IMG/VR virus record: IMGVR_UViG_2706795618_000001
Span: 13,833 to 77,832 of that record
Length of the DNA: 64,000 bases
Direction: 5' to 3' (one strand)
From: a virus
Taxonomy: Duplodnaviria > Caudoviricetes
In this document: positions 63,598 through 64,000 of the stretch, one piece after another
Numbering within the stretch: the first letter of the stretch is position 1
Layout: the number at the start of each line of letters is the position of its first letter
Made by a program: the position numbers and the translations under genes
The notes under the pieces: model-generated
What the model saw: the letters and a program-made list of their open reading frames with translations, nothing else
Told to the model about the DNA's origin: nothing
Database searches by the model: none

Positions 63598-64000
63598 GGC
63601 ACACCATCGGCCACCCACTGGCCACCAGCTGACACCGCCCGGCCCCAGCCCAGCCCAGCCCGACCGGCCCGGAATCGCGGACGCCTCAACCCATACGGCC
63701 CCCTGGGGCCGACCCGACCATGAGGTGCCCCAACGCCTTCCGACGACGGTCAGCCGACGGCGACCAGCGGAAACCGTTGCGGCACCCACCATCCCGTGAC
63801 CCGCTGACCTGGGGATATGGGAGTTAGCTGGCCCATCGGAACCCCTTGCGACCTGGACCTTTCCGGGCCACCACGCCGACCGCCACCCCTGCGGCCTGGA
63901 CCGATGGGTACCCGCTACCCACGGTCACGGGTCGCTGACCTGGACAAACGGGGGGTGGGTCGAAACTAAAACCCCAGGTCGCCGCCCCTGCCGCCCGGTA
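63598..64000. other. Non-coding probable genome-end / cos region
   Basis: Follows HNH gene; GACCTGG at 63806, 63850, 63937 and inverted at 63974. Confidence 0.5.

Noticed and set aside
1-64000. Integrated prophage, transposase, reverse transcriptase/DGR, intron or intein
   Set aside because: attP is intact, no host genes are present, and no such catalytic motifs or template/variable repeat pairs were seen by eye

Overview
Most of the genome of a high-GC temperate siphovirus, very likely a mycobacteriophage (lysin B, mycobacteriophage-type tail genes, attP matching a tRNA-Arg 3' end). It is in the non-integrated form because attP is intact. The window runs from the end of the tail assembly chaperone through tape measure and minor tail genes (0.2-14.5 kb), a lysis cassette (14.5-18.2 kb), an accessory island with a tRNA (18.2-24.4 kb), a leftward integrase/repressor module of the integration-dependent-immunity type (24.5-26.1 kb), and a long rightward arm (recombination, replication and many small genes) to an HNH gene and a probable packaging-end region (63.3-64 kb). 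Terminase, portal and capsid genes are outside the window. Two signals stand out. (1) A split endolysin: a GH19 glycosidase and a cysteine peptidase end in a nearly identical 15-aa peptide that is diverged at synonymous sites, and a related motif starts the next gene and lysin B, suggesting a peptide-docked multi-subunit lysis complex. (2) Ten dispersed promoter + 5' RNA hairpin cassettes, eight carrying the operator-like GTCTAGTGAGCTA, whose perfect palindromic form overlaps the promoter of a small HTH gene, suggesting a second regulon of exchangeable early-gene cassettes. Product names come from motif recognition by eye; no database searches were run.
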